Of a DNA stretch of 64,000 bases, positions 37,445 to 48,703 are shown piece by piece. The DNA lies in assembly GCA_973851085.1 (NCBI GenBank), contig OZ316776.1, positions 13,764,001 through 13,828,000 of the forward strand. Direction: 5' to 3'. The notes under the pieces were generated by a model. That model did not search any database. It saw only the letters and a list, made by a program, of their open reading frames with translations, and was not told the origin of the DNA. The position numbers were made by a program, and so were the translations under genes. Each line of letters opens with the position of its first letter. Positions within the stretch are counted from its first letter, which is position 1. The stretch comes from Ptychomitrium polyphyllum. Lineage: Eukaryota.

Positions 37445-40400
37445 ATGAAACCGGAGGCATCAAGCGGAGGGGGTGGAGGTGATAGGCCTCGCTACTCTTC
37501 TCACAACAACAAGACCAGCAATTCGTTACACTGCAGGGAGAAGGTGCGATGTCACTCATCGGCATCCTCCTTTGCCACTTCTGTGTACCGCTCCATGTCG
37601 GAGCCAGGGTTTCACATGCTGGAGCCTGAGCGCCATCGTGAGGAGCGAGTCGTCGTTAAGGCTTACGGCAACGTCGCCCCGCCGTCGCCGCAGAATCTGG
37701 GATTGTTGCCTGCGCACTCTCCGTCGCAGGTTATGCCTGTCGCTGGCATTTTGGAAGGGCGAGATATGAATGGAAGCGGCCGGAAAAGACCCGGTAGGAA
37801 AACGAGACGGCCGGAGGGCTATGGAGGTCTTTCACCTGAGAATGGTTTCTCCACTTCCTTTCAAATTGGTAAGTTTCCTTGTACACCTTCGATCTCCGCG
37901 ATCGCATGCTTCTCGGTATTCAGATGCTTATCTGAGATTGTTTAGAAGAAGCGCTTTCACTACGCACTTGGTGATTTAGTGCAGCGTTGTCAATAGCCGT
38001 ACACTGCTAGGGTTTCTTGTTCAGCTGTAGATAGATATGTTTTGGATCTGTTGCTTCCCTTAACATGTAGAGGATGGCTGTGAAAAGTTTGAAGTTGGGA
38101 GGAGAGTTGATTTTAGTCTGCGCTCGTAGTCTATTTTTCCCTCCCTCCGGCAAGTTCGAGTTCATTGGTTTGAGAAAATCGAATAAGTGCAGTATTCTCG
38201 CTTTAGCATGATTGAACACTGAACACTGTCATGTCAATTTTGCGTTTCGGTATTTTGCAGGCGATTTGAAGGAGGGAGGCTGTAAAATACAAGCGGAGCA
38301 GATATGTAAGGAAGCTCCACTGCGTGGGACAAATAATTATGCATCCTTGTTATCAAGCCCCAGTCCTAGTTCTATTCCTAATCCTTCTTTTAAGACTAAG
38401 CTTTCTTTTGATGCATTTAGCGCTAAACCAGCTACTGCATCTGGTGAGCCTTGTACAAGACCTGAGGGCACTTCTGTACATCATGTTCTTTCCTCCTCTC
38501 CTTCAAGAAGTGAGTTTCCCCGTTGTTCTGATGTGAAATATATAGAAGATTTTTCTCCTCTTTTGGCGTCATCTACGTCAGTCTCTAGTTTCGCGCTTGA
38601 AGTAGTTAGTCCGGAAAGTTCGAGCGCTTCGGAAGCTTACCCCAAGGAGGATTCTACTGGGAATGACAGCTCAGAAGGCGAGGTCTCAACTCCGCCTGCG
38701 ACCGGCTCAACAGATTTGATGACAAGATTCGAGGAAACTTATGCGGAGGATTGCTCCTTCCATATGGCAACACACCAGGAAGAAAGGAGCGATGCAAGTA
38801 GCACCAGTGTATGGCAGGATAGAAGTGGATTTTCAAACCCTAAGTCGGTGATATCGTCTAGTTCCTCGGACACTAGATCTAGATACAGTAACGGAAATGT
38901 GCAAGAGGTTACGGTATCTAGTGCTGAGTCCAGAAATAAAACCGAGAGTCATGCTATAGGGATTCCTAAAATGAAGGTGAGACAAGCATTCGTGAAGTCA
39001 TCGAAAGTCCAAAATGACTACACAGAGTCAAGGAAGCACGGTGTGCATGGAACGGGGATAAAACAACCTGCTGCTGAGAAAGGAATAAGAAGACCATCGC
39101 CGGTACCACCTTCCAGATCTCCTAGTTTGAAGACCCAGTTTCAGGATTCGCAGTCGCAGTGGAAGCCTATATCCTCAGGAGTGAGTAAAGATGCAACATA
39201 CAATCTGCCTTTAGTTGGCTCGACTGCAGAAGGACTCTTGGAGTGCTCCCGTTCGTGGCCTGGGCTAGGCTCTAGCTTGGTTGGCTCGCCATTTGGATCT
39301 CCTGCGGGACCTATTGTGGAGCCTCTTTCTGCAGCCCAGCCAGTGGGAGTAAATGGTCGAAATTCTACACAATCAAAAATGTTTTCAGAGTATTGGTCTC
39401 CTGAAGAAGTTAAGCGAGGGATGCAGGTGCGTTGCCTTTTATATCCTTGAAACGGCATCTATTTGAGCCGTTGTGGTGAACGTAACAGCTGCTGTTATGT
39501 TTGAGACTGTCGGTTGTTTAGTTTTCGTTGTTTAGAGAATTTTAAGTATGATTTTGGATGGTTGTGAATCGTACTGCTCTTAATAATATATATCTTTCTT
39601 CGACAGGATGGTCAGATTTTTAAGGCTACGCTTCGAGTCAATTCTCATAATCGTCATGAGGTACTGCAGATGCTTCCTCTTCGTTTTTCAGACTCTTTTT
39701 GCCGTCCACGTTTTTGCAGTTATGCAAGTCGGTAGAGACATGTCTTAAACTTCAGTCTGTTGGCTACAGAAGATGTATTCTTCGGTCTGTATGCCAAGTT
39801 GCAAATGACTTTCGTGTGTACTAATATCGTAAAATTTGTTTTGCAGGCGTATGTGACTGTTGACGGTCTGCCCCTGGATTTACTGATTGATGGCTTACCA
39901 GCTCAAAATCGCGCGGTACTCACTGACGCTCTGATATACTCTTCGTTTGATCAACAACACTTAGTGTAGTTTTCATCAGATATATGTTCTCATATTGCGC
40001 TCCAGAACACGTCTATTTATTTACATTACATTGCGTTATCGAATAACTTTTTCCCCTAAATGTTGTGATTACAGATAGAAGGGGATATTGTAGCGGTTAT
40101 GATTGAACCGACATCCGCTTGGCCTAGGTTGAAGGGTTCTTTTAACAAACAAGCTAGTCCTGAGTCTGCAACCGTAGGTGATGGAGGCTTCTCAATTACA
40201 GAAAGATATAGGAACATTGAAGAAGTTTCTGTATCGAGGGTTGAAACTGAGCACACAGATAGTATATCAGAGGACGTAAAGGATATGTTGCGTCCAGAAG
40301 GGAGAAATTCAGAAACTTGGTATCACAACTTCATATCAAACGATTCCAATAGGAAATTCCCGCCCATGCAAGAGGATATTCAATTGCCCAAATTAAAAAG

Positions 40401-43400
40401 TGGATCGCACAAGTATGGTCGTTTGGTCGATCAGAAGACTACTATGTCCCGGAACACAGTGTATCAAATTTTGAAGAGGCCAACAAGTGAGAATGCTTCA
40501 GATCCCGCTGTGCTGCAGAGTTCAGTGGAGAAACTTACCTTGAGTACAGAATCAAGCAAAGGATCATCTGTGACAGTTATGGAAAGTTTGGTAGAGAAAG
40601 TTGAAAACGTGTGTAATAAGCCAAGTGGTATTGATTCCAGTGGTAGAATTGCATCAGCCGTAGCCAGTCTCACGTCTCTAATATCATCATGCCCAGGAAA
40701 AAGGCCGACTGCAAAGGTTGTGGCCATTGTTCAAAAGTCTGCACGGCGGGAGTCGGTGGTAGGGTTCCTTGAGATGCCTCAGCACCGGGGTGGAAGTCGA
40801 GCTGGTGGTAGAGGGTTACGAGACGATTCTCCTCAGAAGCGTAAAAGTGTGGTGACGATGCTGCTGATGCCTGTCGATAGCCGCTGCCCGAAGATGCTCA
40901 TCCCTCCACATGGTCTTCCTGCTGATTTATACCAGCGTTTGAAGGAAGGAGACTCAACTGTTGCTACTGAACTTATCGCTGCGAGGGTTGATAAATGGGA
41001 GGTGGATAGCTTCCTCCCCTTAGCCACAGTGATCAAAAGCTTAGGTCAGGGAGGAGAAATTGAACCTCAGCTAAAGGCAATCCTGTTTGAAAACAATGCT
41101 CATCCTCCAGATTTCCCTCAAGAGTCGCTGGACTGTCTTCCTAGAACTCCATGGAAGATACCAGCGTCAGAGATGAAGAAGCGGGTGGACTTACGGCGGT
41201 GTCGTATTTTTTCAATCGACCCTCCCACCGCTAGGGATTTGGACGATGCGCTTTCTATTGAGAAACGTCGCAATGGGGTAGTGAGGATAGGTGTACATAT
41301 CGCCGATGTGTCATATTTTATTTCTCCTGGCTCTGCTTTAGATAAGGAGGCTTGTCACAGATCCACGAGTATCTATCTTGAGCAGCGGGTTTTGCCTATG
41401 CTTCCACGACTTTTATGCGAAGAGCTTTGTTCTTTGAACCCTGGGGTTGATCGCCTTGCATTCTCTGTTGTTTGGGATATAAGTGCATCAGGTGAGATTC
41501 TTGACCAGTGGATTGGGCGGACTGTTATCAACTCATGCGCTAAACTCACGTATGAGCATGCACAAGATATGATTGAGGGTGTCTTTCTGGATATGGAAGG
41601 TGCGGAAGCTCTGGAGGGCCTCTCAAAATCTGGGAAACCATTACCACAGATACATGGCAACTATTCCTGGTTAGAAATAGTTACCGATGTGCTGGGACTT
41701 CACGAAATGGCTAAAAGACGAAGGGATAGTCGAATTGAGGGAGGTGCGCTGAAGCTTAATAATTCAAAGATTGTCTTTTCTTTGGATGAAGATGGCACCC
41801 CGTATGAAACTTCGATGTACAAGACGAGGGACTCAAATTTTGTCGTGGAGGAGTTTATGCTTTTGGCTAATATGACAGTTGCCAAAGTGATTTCAAATGC
41901 TTTTCCAGATAGTGCTCTGCTAAGACGTCATCCCGAACCAAACATGCGAAAGCTGAAAGAATTTGAAGAATTTTGTGGGAAGAACGAGTTTGACTTGGAT
42001 ACGTCTTCTTCAGGTGCCCTACGCCTCTCGCTAGAGAAGATGCAAGACCGTGTTAGTCATGACCCAGTCCTGTATAATATTCTGATGGTGTTTGCGACAA
42101 AACCGATGCAGCTAGCAAAGTATTTTTGCACCGGGGAGCTGAAAGACAAGGAAGAAGACTGGGGGCACTATGCATTGGCGTGTCCGCTTTATACCCATTT
42201 CACTTCTCCTATCCGAAGGTACCCTGATGTTTTAGTACATCGCATGTTAGCAGCGGCTCTTGACGCTGAGGACATTCTCAGTATATCTGAAAGTTCCTTG
42301 TCTCACAAGGGGAACAAGAATAGTTTAGTATCTTATACGGGAAGGAATTTGCGATTGAAACAGTGCTTCTCTAGTGCGAAGTCAGAAAGAGGCGTATCAG
42401 ATTCTCCGGTTGTCCAAAATGCTCTGTCTATGGCTGCTGACAAGCACAAATTGCCAGCCAGTTCTGATCTCATGGGCATAGCTGCTCATTGCAATGAAAG
42501 GAAGATGGCCAGTCGAAATGTGAAGGAGGCGAGTGACAAGCTCTATCTGTGGGCTATGCTGAAGAAGAAAGGGGTAAGTGCATCAAGCTATTTTCTGAAT
42601 TGTGAATATCGTTTATCGTCTTCGTCCTTTTATTACAGCAAGCGGAGAAACTACGATTTTCGTTTATGTAATCAATTAGACGAAAATTTGAATCTTTTTA
42701 AGTAATATGCAGTGCTGATGGATATGTTGAATGCTCTTGGCAGAGTTTATTATCAGATTCAAGAGTACTTGCGTTGGGGCCGAAGTTTATGACATTATAT
42801 ATTTGCAAGATAGCGGTATGTGGCTTATTCCGTTTTTCAGTTAATTACTTTTGTAAACTTTTATTCATGGCATCTATGGTATGCTGTTAGCTTCATGTTT
42901 GGAGGACCGTCGTGATATGTAGATTGTAGTACCAGTACATAGTTGTCCTTGATAGTTTTGAGATTGAATTATGCATGACTCGGTTTCTTTCATAGGTCTT
43001 CAAACAGCAATTGGTGCCTTGAATTTACATCCCTAACGAACATACATCTTGAATCACGCAGATGGAACGTCGCATTTATTATGATGAGATTGAGGGTGTC
43101 AACGCAGAGTGGTTTGAAGCAACTGGGACACTTGTCCTTGATATTTCTCCGACAAAGAAAACAACACCGCCGAAACGGTTACAGTGCAGGTCTGGAAGGC
43201 AGCAAAGAACAGTTGCAGATATAGCAATGGTTGTCAATCCTGCTGATGGTCTGGGTAGCAGCCCGGAACAAGAATCTTATGAAGATATCATTCGGGAGGT
43301 TGAACAAAGATTGGCTGGAAAAGATTTTCCGTATGAGAGCCCTCCAGCTTTTGATGTCGAAGGGCTTGCAAGTGATGCAGAGGTAGAACCGACGGTGTTA

Positions 43401-43520
43401 CCTCTGACCTTGCGGCTGTTCTCGGTGGTTCCCGTCTCCTTGCATTCCATTGGAGGTGGGGCTGATCACCGGCCCCTGGATATTGCAGTAAAGCTGTATG
43501 TGAGCTCTTATGCCACCTGA
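37445..43520 (+). CDS. DIS3L2: DIS3-like exonuclease 2 / SUPPRESSOR OF VARICOSE (RNase II/RNB-family 3'-5' exoribonuclease), 7 exons, about 1580 aa
   Basis: Exons 37445-37868, 38261-39426, 39607-39660, 39847-39915, 40075-42573, 42744-42815, 43062-43520; all introns GT-AG and frame-consistent (4743 nt). Motifs FKATLRVNSHNRHEAY, QNRAIEGDIVAV, catalytic FSIDPPTARDLDDALS, VEEFMLLAN, YTHFTSPIRRYPD, LGPKFM, ERRIYYDE. No PIN domain. Exon 1 and the start codon are less certain. Confidence 0.92.
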
Positions 43521-46500
43521 AACTAGTGTGGGCTTTCCTCTTTTTCCTTTCTTTATATCTGGGGAGTCTGGATTATACGAAACGCCATCATCTCTTCTGG
43601 AAGCTTCTTTTACAGCCTTTTGGTCGAAGCCTCTTGAACAATGCTTCTGAACCTTCATCTGTATTTTCGTATCCTTGTACTCTGGTCCGGGTTTCTTTAC
43701 AGAAATCGGTGTCTTTGTAGGTTCTTTTACTCGCCTTCGTTTTGCACGCATTTAAAAATAGTTTTAATCTTTTTTTTGGCTATCTCTCTGTAAGTATCTC
43801 GTGCCTAGCGTAGTCAATGGACTGGAAGAGTAGAGTTCCCTTTGTCATAGAGGAGCTCTCTCTTAAATTAGCTTCCTTCTTATTTGAGGATTAGGGGTCC
43901 ATAATATTCCTAAAGTCGGGAATTGATATTACTCATCTCATTGGGTCTAGAGTTTATCTTTCATAGCTATTGTAAAGATTCAAGCCCGCAATGTGTCTGG
44001 CCTCAGGGAGCAGTCTTTTGCGTGCTGCAAGGGTTTTCATACCTGTACATAGTCCTCAGTGTCCTTTATACTGTCATTGGGTTTCAGAGGGTCTTCGAGA
44101 GTAAGCTTCAGAAGCAACGGTTAAATCCGGCTTCCTGGTTTGCATGAGACCTGTTTCTGGCATTTTTATGTTCTATTCACTAGGGTTTATCTCACTTAGA
44201 AGAAATACTTATGAAGGCTTGAGACTTTCTGTGGTCAAAGAAGCTGAGCTGCTGACGTAAGCCTAGCTGCAGCTAGTATGCGTCTCAAAACTTTCTGTGG
44301 TTAAGTAGATTGTATTTTACTTGAATGGCAAAATGCTCAAGCGTGCCATTTACAGTTGGGTTTGTTGTCTTTCGCAGCTTTAGTGTCGAGGTTTAGATTA
44401 CTCCACGTTAGATATTGAGCAGAGGCCATATAGATATTGTCATCCAGGTGACGTAGATGCCTGGTTGCTTTCTTGGTTTCTCTTTCCGTAGATTTCCTTT
44501 TAGCCCAGTTTTTGACAGGGTCCGTTGCCGCTACGGTCCTATTTCCTTGTGCACGTGGTGATTCCCATTTCCCCTCTTTTAGATTCATTCCTGAAGCGAA
44601 CGAGGCACAGCCCTTTTTTTTTGTTGTGGCTTGTCCTTGTTTAGGCTATTCTGTTCCTTGATTATCCTTCGTCATTTGAAGCGCTCTCCCTAGCGTCTCA
44701 ATTTCTTCTCGTCTCTAAATTAAATTCAACTGCTTTCGTCATTCTCTCTTAACCTTTCTTTATATTATTCAAGAGGCCCTTCTTTTATTGGGATCCTTTT
44801 TGAAGAAGCATGGAGGAGGGTGTACCAGCCAAGAAGCATTAGTACGGGTATTCTGCCCAGGCTGAGGACGTACAGCAGGTGCTATTCAGGTGTCAAGGTA
44901 GATACTGCTGCGATCTGATAGGAATCCCTGGCGGGCAGGTTGTATTATCTGTCAAGGAAGACGTGGACGAGCTTGTAGTGGCCTGTGTCTGGGAGGCTCT
45001 GGCTGACAGTGTTTGTATATAGTCAAAGAGAATGTGGCTTCAAAGAGCTTTCATCTGTAGTTTGGCAAACGGCAGCCCGTGTTTTTTGATTAGACAGCTG
45101 CTCTGTGAGAGTTACAAGGGGCTTTAGAGTAGAACCTTGGTTTTGAAAACAGATACTAGATCATGCAGGTCTAGTACTTGTAATAATGCATTCAAGCTGC
45201 TATGTTGCCAATAAAAGTTTTGTATTTTGAGAAGTTAGTGGTTGCACAAGCGTTATGGATAATATGAAGAGACGGAGCTGTCATTGGAGACAGTAGGTAT
45301 GGTGTAGAGGAGCAGATTACTGTTGCTGTTACTACCTAGAACATTAGTGACTTGAGGATGTATAAGGAGGTGAAGCATCGCGGCAGCTTTGCTACCTCAG
45401 ATTTGAAGGGCTGTATGGCACTTGGCGCTGTGCACCACTTGAGCATTTGACGACCTTGCTGTTGCTAACTTGCTGTTGCTACTTTTGATATATCACTATC
45501 GAAATCAACATCATATATTGTACGCAGCAGCTGCCTCACTTCATGTGGCCTGGGTAGTGCCGGCATGCTTTCCATTCTCAGAATCGGACTAAATCGTTTT
45601 TGAAGAAGTATATGGAACACTCTACTGTATTCATCAGCCAACTTTGATGGATCATAAGACGCATGCAGCAACTGACTGACGAATTTGATGAAAATATTTC
45701 CGGAAGAAAAATGTGCATTGACGCTGTCACCAGCATTTGAACTTGCAAAAGCAGGAGTATATTTGTGATTAAGCTCTCCAGCTTAAAAGGAAAATGGGGG
45801 ACTGGATTCCAAAATGGCTAGCTCCTTGCTAACGTACTTCTATGGCAGGTTAAGCTAGATCAAGAGTGAGGAATCTTGGCCATGTGTGCATATTTCTGAC
45901 TTCTGGCATGCTCAGCTAGCACGGTGAAAGGATAACCATCTTTGCGGAGCTTGCACACTAATTCCCGCTATGCGGCACAAGAGACTGTGATCTGGCACTG
46001 GTTGAACAGATGAGCATGTGATCACTGACTAGTGATCATTAACAGGGCCAAGCTCAACTGAGTAGGAATTGAAGAAACAGCGCAGTACAAAAAATGCATA
46101 CTGTCAATGATATTCCTGGTGTTCACCCAGATTCATCAACTGTCGAAATTCCTGCTCGTCTGTACCCGGTGAATGGAGTATCATCATATTTCACAGCCAT
46201 GTATTAGTGAGCGAAACGATGGCAGGCTCCTTTGCGTCACAAAGACAATGAGGTGATGCAGTGGCTGATCCCAACCTCTTCACTATTGCTTTGCAATAAG
46301 TGACAATGAAAACTACTGAATTCAACGGTGCTACGTCGCCTAATGTGGACTCAGCATCATGTCACCTTCAAAAAAGTTCGCTTCGAATGAGGCCTCCTCA
46401 AGACATGAAACGGAACAACTTGTGCAGATCTATCCGGCTTCTGCAATTCCGTACATAATAAGAATTGGTGCAAGCTGTGTCCACGTGACTTGTACCTCTG

Positions 46501-46635
46501 GCCATGGTGTTCATTTAATGCAGGCGGCGAAAGCCCTCGCGAGGTAGGGTCAGTAGAAATTTTGGTGGAATTAGTAAGTTACTGGGGGTGCGGCAGCCGC
46601 AGGAGAGAGGAAGGTGTTGGGGAGCGAGAGCAATC

Positions 46636-47597
46636 ATGTATTTCGACCCGAACGAGGACAACCCGGGGCCAGGGGCGTACAAAGTCAACTATAAGTATGT
46701 GTCGACGCTACCAGGGGTGCCAGAGTACACTATCGGCACGCACATCGCCGACCACCCCTTCGTCACTCCCGGCGTGGGCACCTACAACATCAGCCGCGAT
46801 GGCAACACCAATCCCAAGTACACTATAGCGCAGCACCTGAAGCCCATCATTTACACTGACGTCCCAGGTCCAGGCGCCTATCGCACCGACCAAGCACTAA
46901 AACATACGCACGTGCGCGTGCCGCACCACGCCATTGCCATGCTCATCGAGGACCATACCTTCCTCACGCCTGGCGTCGGTACCTATGACATTGGTCGTGA
47001 TGGCAACGACGCGCCTGCCTTCACCATGGGCATGCGCTTCAAGCCCCTGCGCGATAAACTCAACGACAAGCGTTTCCACGCTGCAGTGAAGCAGCGGCCT
47101 AATCACCGCTCCGCTGGCAACTCCCCGGCTCGCAGCCGGAGTGGTAATCTACTGAGCCTCTTTGTTCGGTATTCAAATCTGTATGTCTTGGAGTGGTTGA
47201 CTTCATTTTAACCGTGTTTGTAACTTCTATGGCAGCTTCGCGGTCGAAGGGAGCGCAGCCATGGAATAAGCCGGCGTCGCCTCCGCTGATGATTGCGGCA
47301 TCTGCCATGAAGCAGAAGCTGAGTTGGTCGAGGCCGTCGACGTGGGATATCACGGCGCCGCTCATGATGAATCCGCGGCCTCGACCCATGACATCGGCCG
47401 AGAATATTCTTCGGCGCATCCACTTCAAGATTGGGCCCACGCAGAACGCGCAGTACAACGAGTACATTCGGGAGATGTACCGCTACATGGGCAATAAGGG
47501 CGTACGTTATGGGCAGGTGGCCAAGTGGGGCACTTCCAAGTCCTTCATTAAAGCGACCTCCCGCAATAAATCTTTCATTGGCAGGGCGGAGCTGTAA
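46636..47597 (+). CDS. SHIPPO-repeat (PGPGxY) protein, ODF3/STPG-like, probable sperm flagellar axoneme protein; 2 exons, about 289 aa
   Basis: Exons 46636-47143 and 47236-47597, 92-nt GT-AG intron, frame-consistent; four repeats NPGPGAY, TPGVGTY, VPGPGAY, TPGVGTY with intervening PxYTIG/PAFTMG motifs; GC-rich codon usage. Confidence 0.82.
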
Positions 47598-47767
47598 TTA
47601 CAGTCGCGGCAGGACCAGAAAGGGCGGACTCTTCAAATTTGCTTCTGTGCTTGCTCAAATATTTGTGCAATTATTTAGATCAGCAGAGGAGAGAGACGGA
47701 GTGAGTCCGGGTCCGGGTTCGGGTCCGAATGCTGATCCTGTGCACTCGTAACAGCTTGCCCAGCAGG

Positions 47768-48013
47768 CTTCAAAGGGTCACGGAGGCCGAGAGTGAGCTT
47801 GCCGCTAGAGGGGACTGGGGAGTATAGTACGGGAGCCATGATCACTCAATCCAACATTCAGAAAGGGCTCGGCTATGGCCAGGAGCCTGCACACGGACTG
47901 TCCTGTCTGCCGCTCGAGAATTTACCTTAGTAATAACTCATTGCCAACTTCGAAAGGGCCAGACAGAATAGGTAAGTGCACTGAGAATAGAGGGCCTCCG
48001 TGACCCTTTGAAG
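47768..48013. repeat. Perfect 21-bp inverted repeat enclosing 204 bp (MITE-like or RNA stem)
   Basis: CTTCAAAGGGTCACGGAGGCC (47768-47788) and its exact reverse complement (47993-48013); no clear TSD. Confidence 0.75.
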
Positions 48014-48492
48014 TCGGTGCATAAGGTCATTAAACTTACCGTTTATTTACTTTGTCAGAATGGAATATATTAAAGGAGATTACATGTTCATGTCAATAAA
48101 ATTGGAGAACCGTGCTTGATTTGTGGTGGTGCACAGTTTTTCTGCAATTTCTTGGAACGGACATACACCTTTTCTCTGAAAAATAAAAATAATAAAGAAA
48201 ATAAGTTGAGAACAATCTGGAAGTGACCGAAAGTCTAAGGTGGGGCTTCAAAGACCTTCATGTTCGTCCTCCAAATGAATTCCCAATATCATCACGGTGC
48301 ACAGCACTTGGTTTTCCTGCTGATAATATGGACCATCGACCTTGTCTACTAAGATGGAATTAACTTCGGCTAAACTCACAACCGAAATGCATGAAATCCA
48401 ATACTTCAAGACTAACTATCTATCAAGACCCAAGTAGACAAGTGTGTACTGAATGCTAATCTCCATATAAGAGAGAAGCTTTCAAATCTCAC

Positions 48493-48703
48493 CTTAATGT
48501 GTCTAGTATTGCGTTTGTGTCTACAAAACTCACCATGGAACCTAAAGGTTTTCCCCAACCCAGAGATAATGCGCCTGTGAGGCTTCTCCCTTGTGTGGAT
48601 GCACTTGTGCTCGTCTCTATCTTGAGCCGTTTTGTACGCCCTTGCAGAGACACTTGACAGATTTGTTGGCCGCGTGAACTCTCTCCTTACCGTGTTGCAG
48701 AAT
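48493..48703 (-). pseudogene. Decayed tandem C2H2 zinc-finger fragment resembling the REF6/ELF6 (JmjC demethylase) C-terminal fingers
   Basis: ILQHGKERVHAANKSVKC, frameshift, then RAYKTAQDRDEHKCIHTREKPHRRIISGLGKTFRFHGEFCRHKRNTRH; resembles HTGxRPYxC...CGxTFRFVSDFSRHKRKTGH; the Cys ligands of the last finger are lost. Confidence 0.6.

Noticed and set aside
42574..42705. C-terminal tail of the 868-aa ORF
   Set aside because: Read-through into an intron after the GGG|GTAAGT donor; the conserved protein continues in exons 6-7.
46359..46635. Upstream coding exon or GTG start for the SHIPPO gene
   Set aside because: The candidate intron (about 46544-46602) does not join the upstream ORF in frame with the repeat ORF; more likely 5' UTR.
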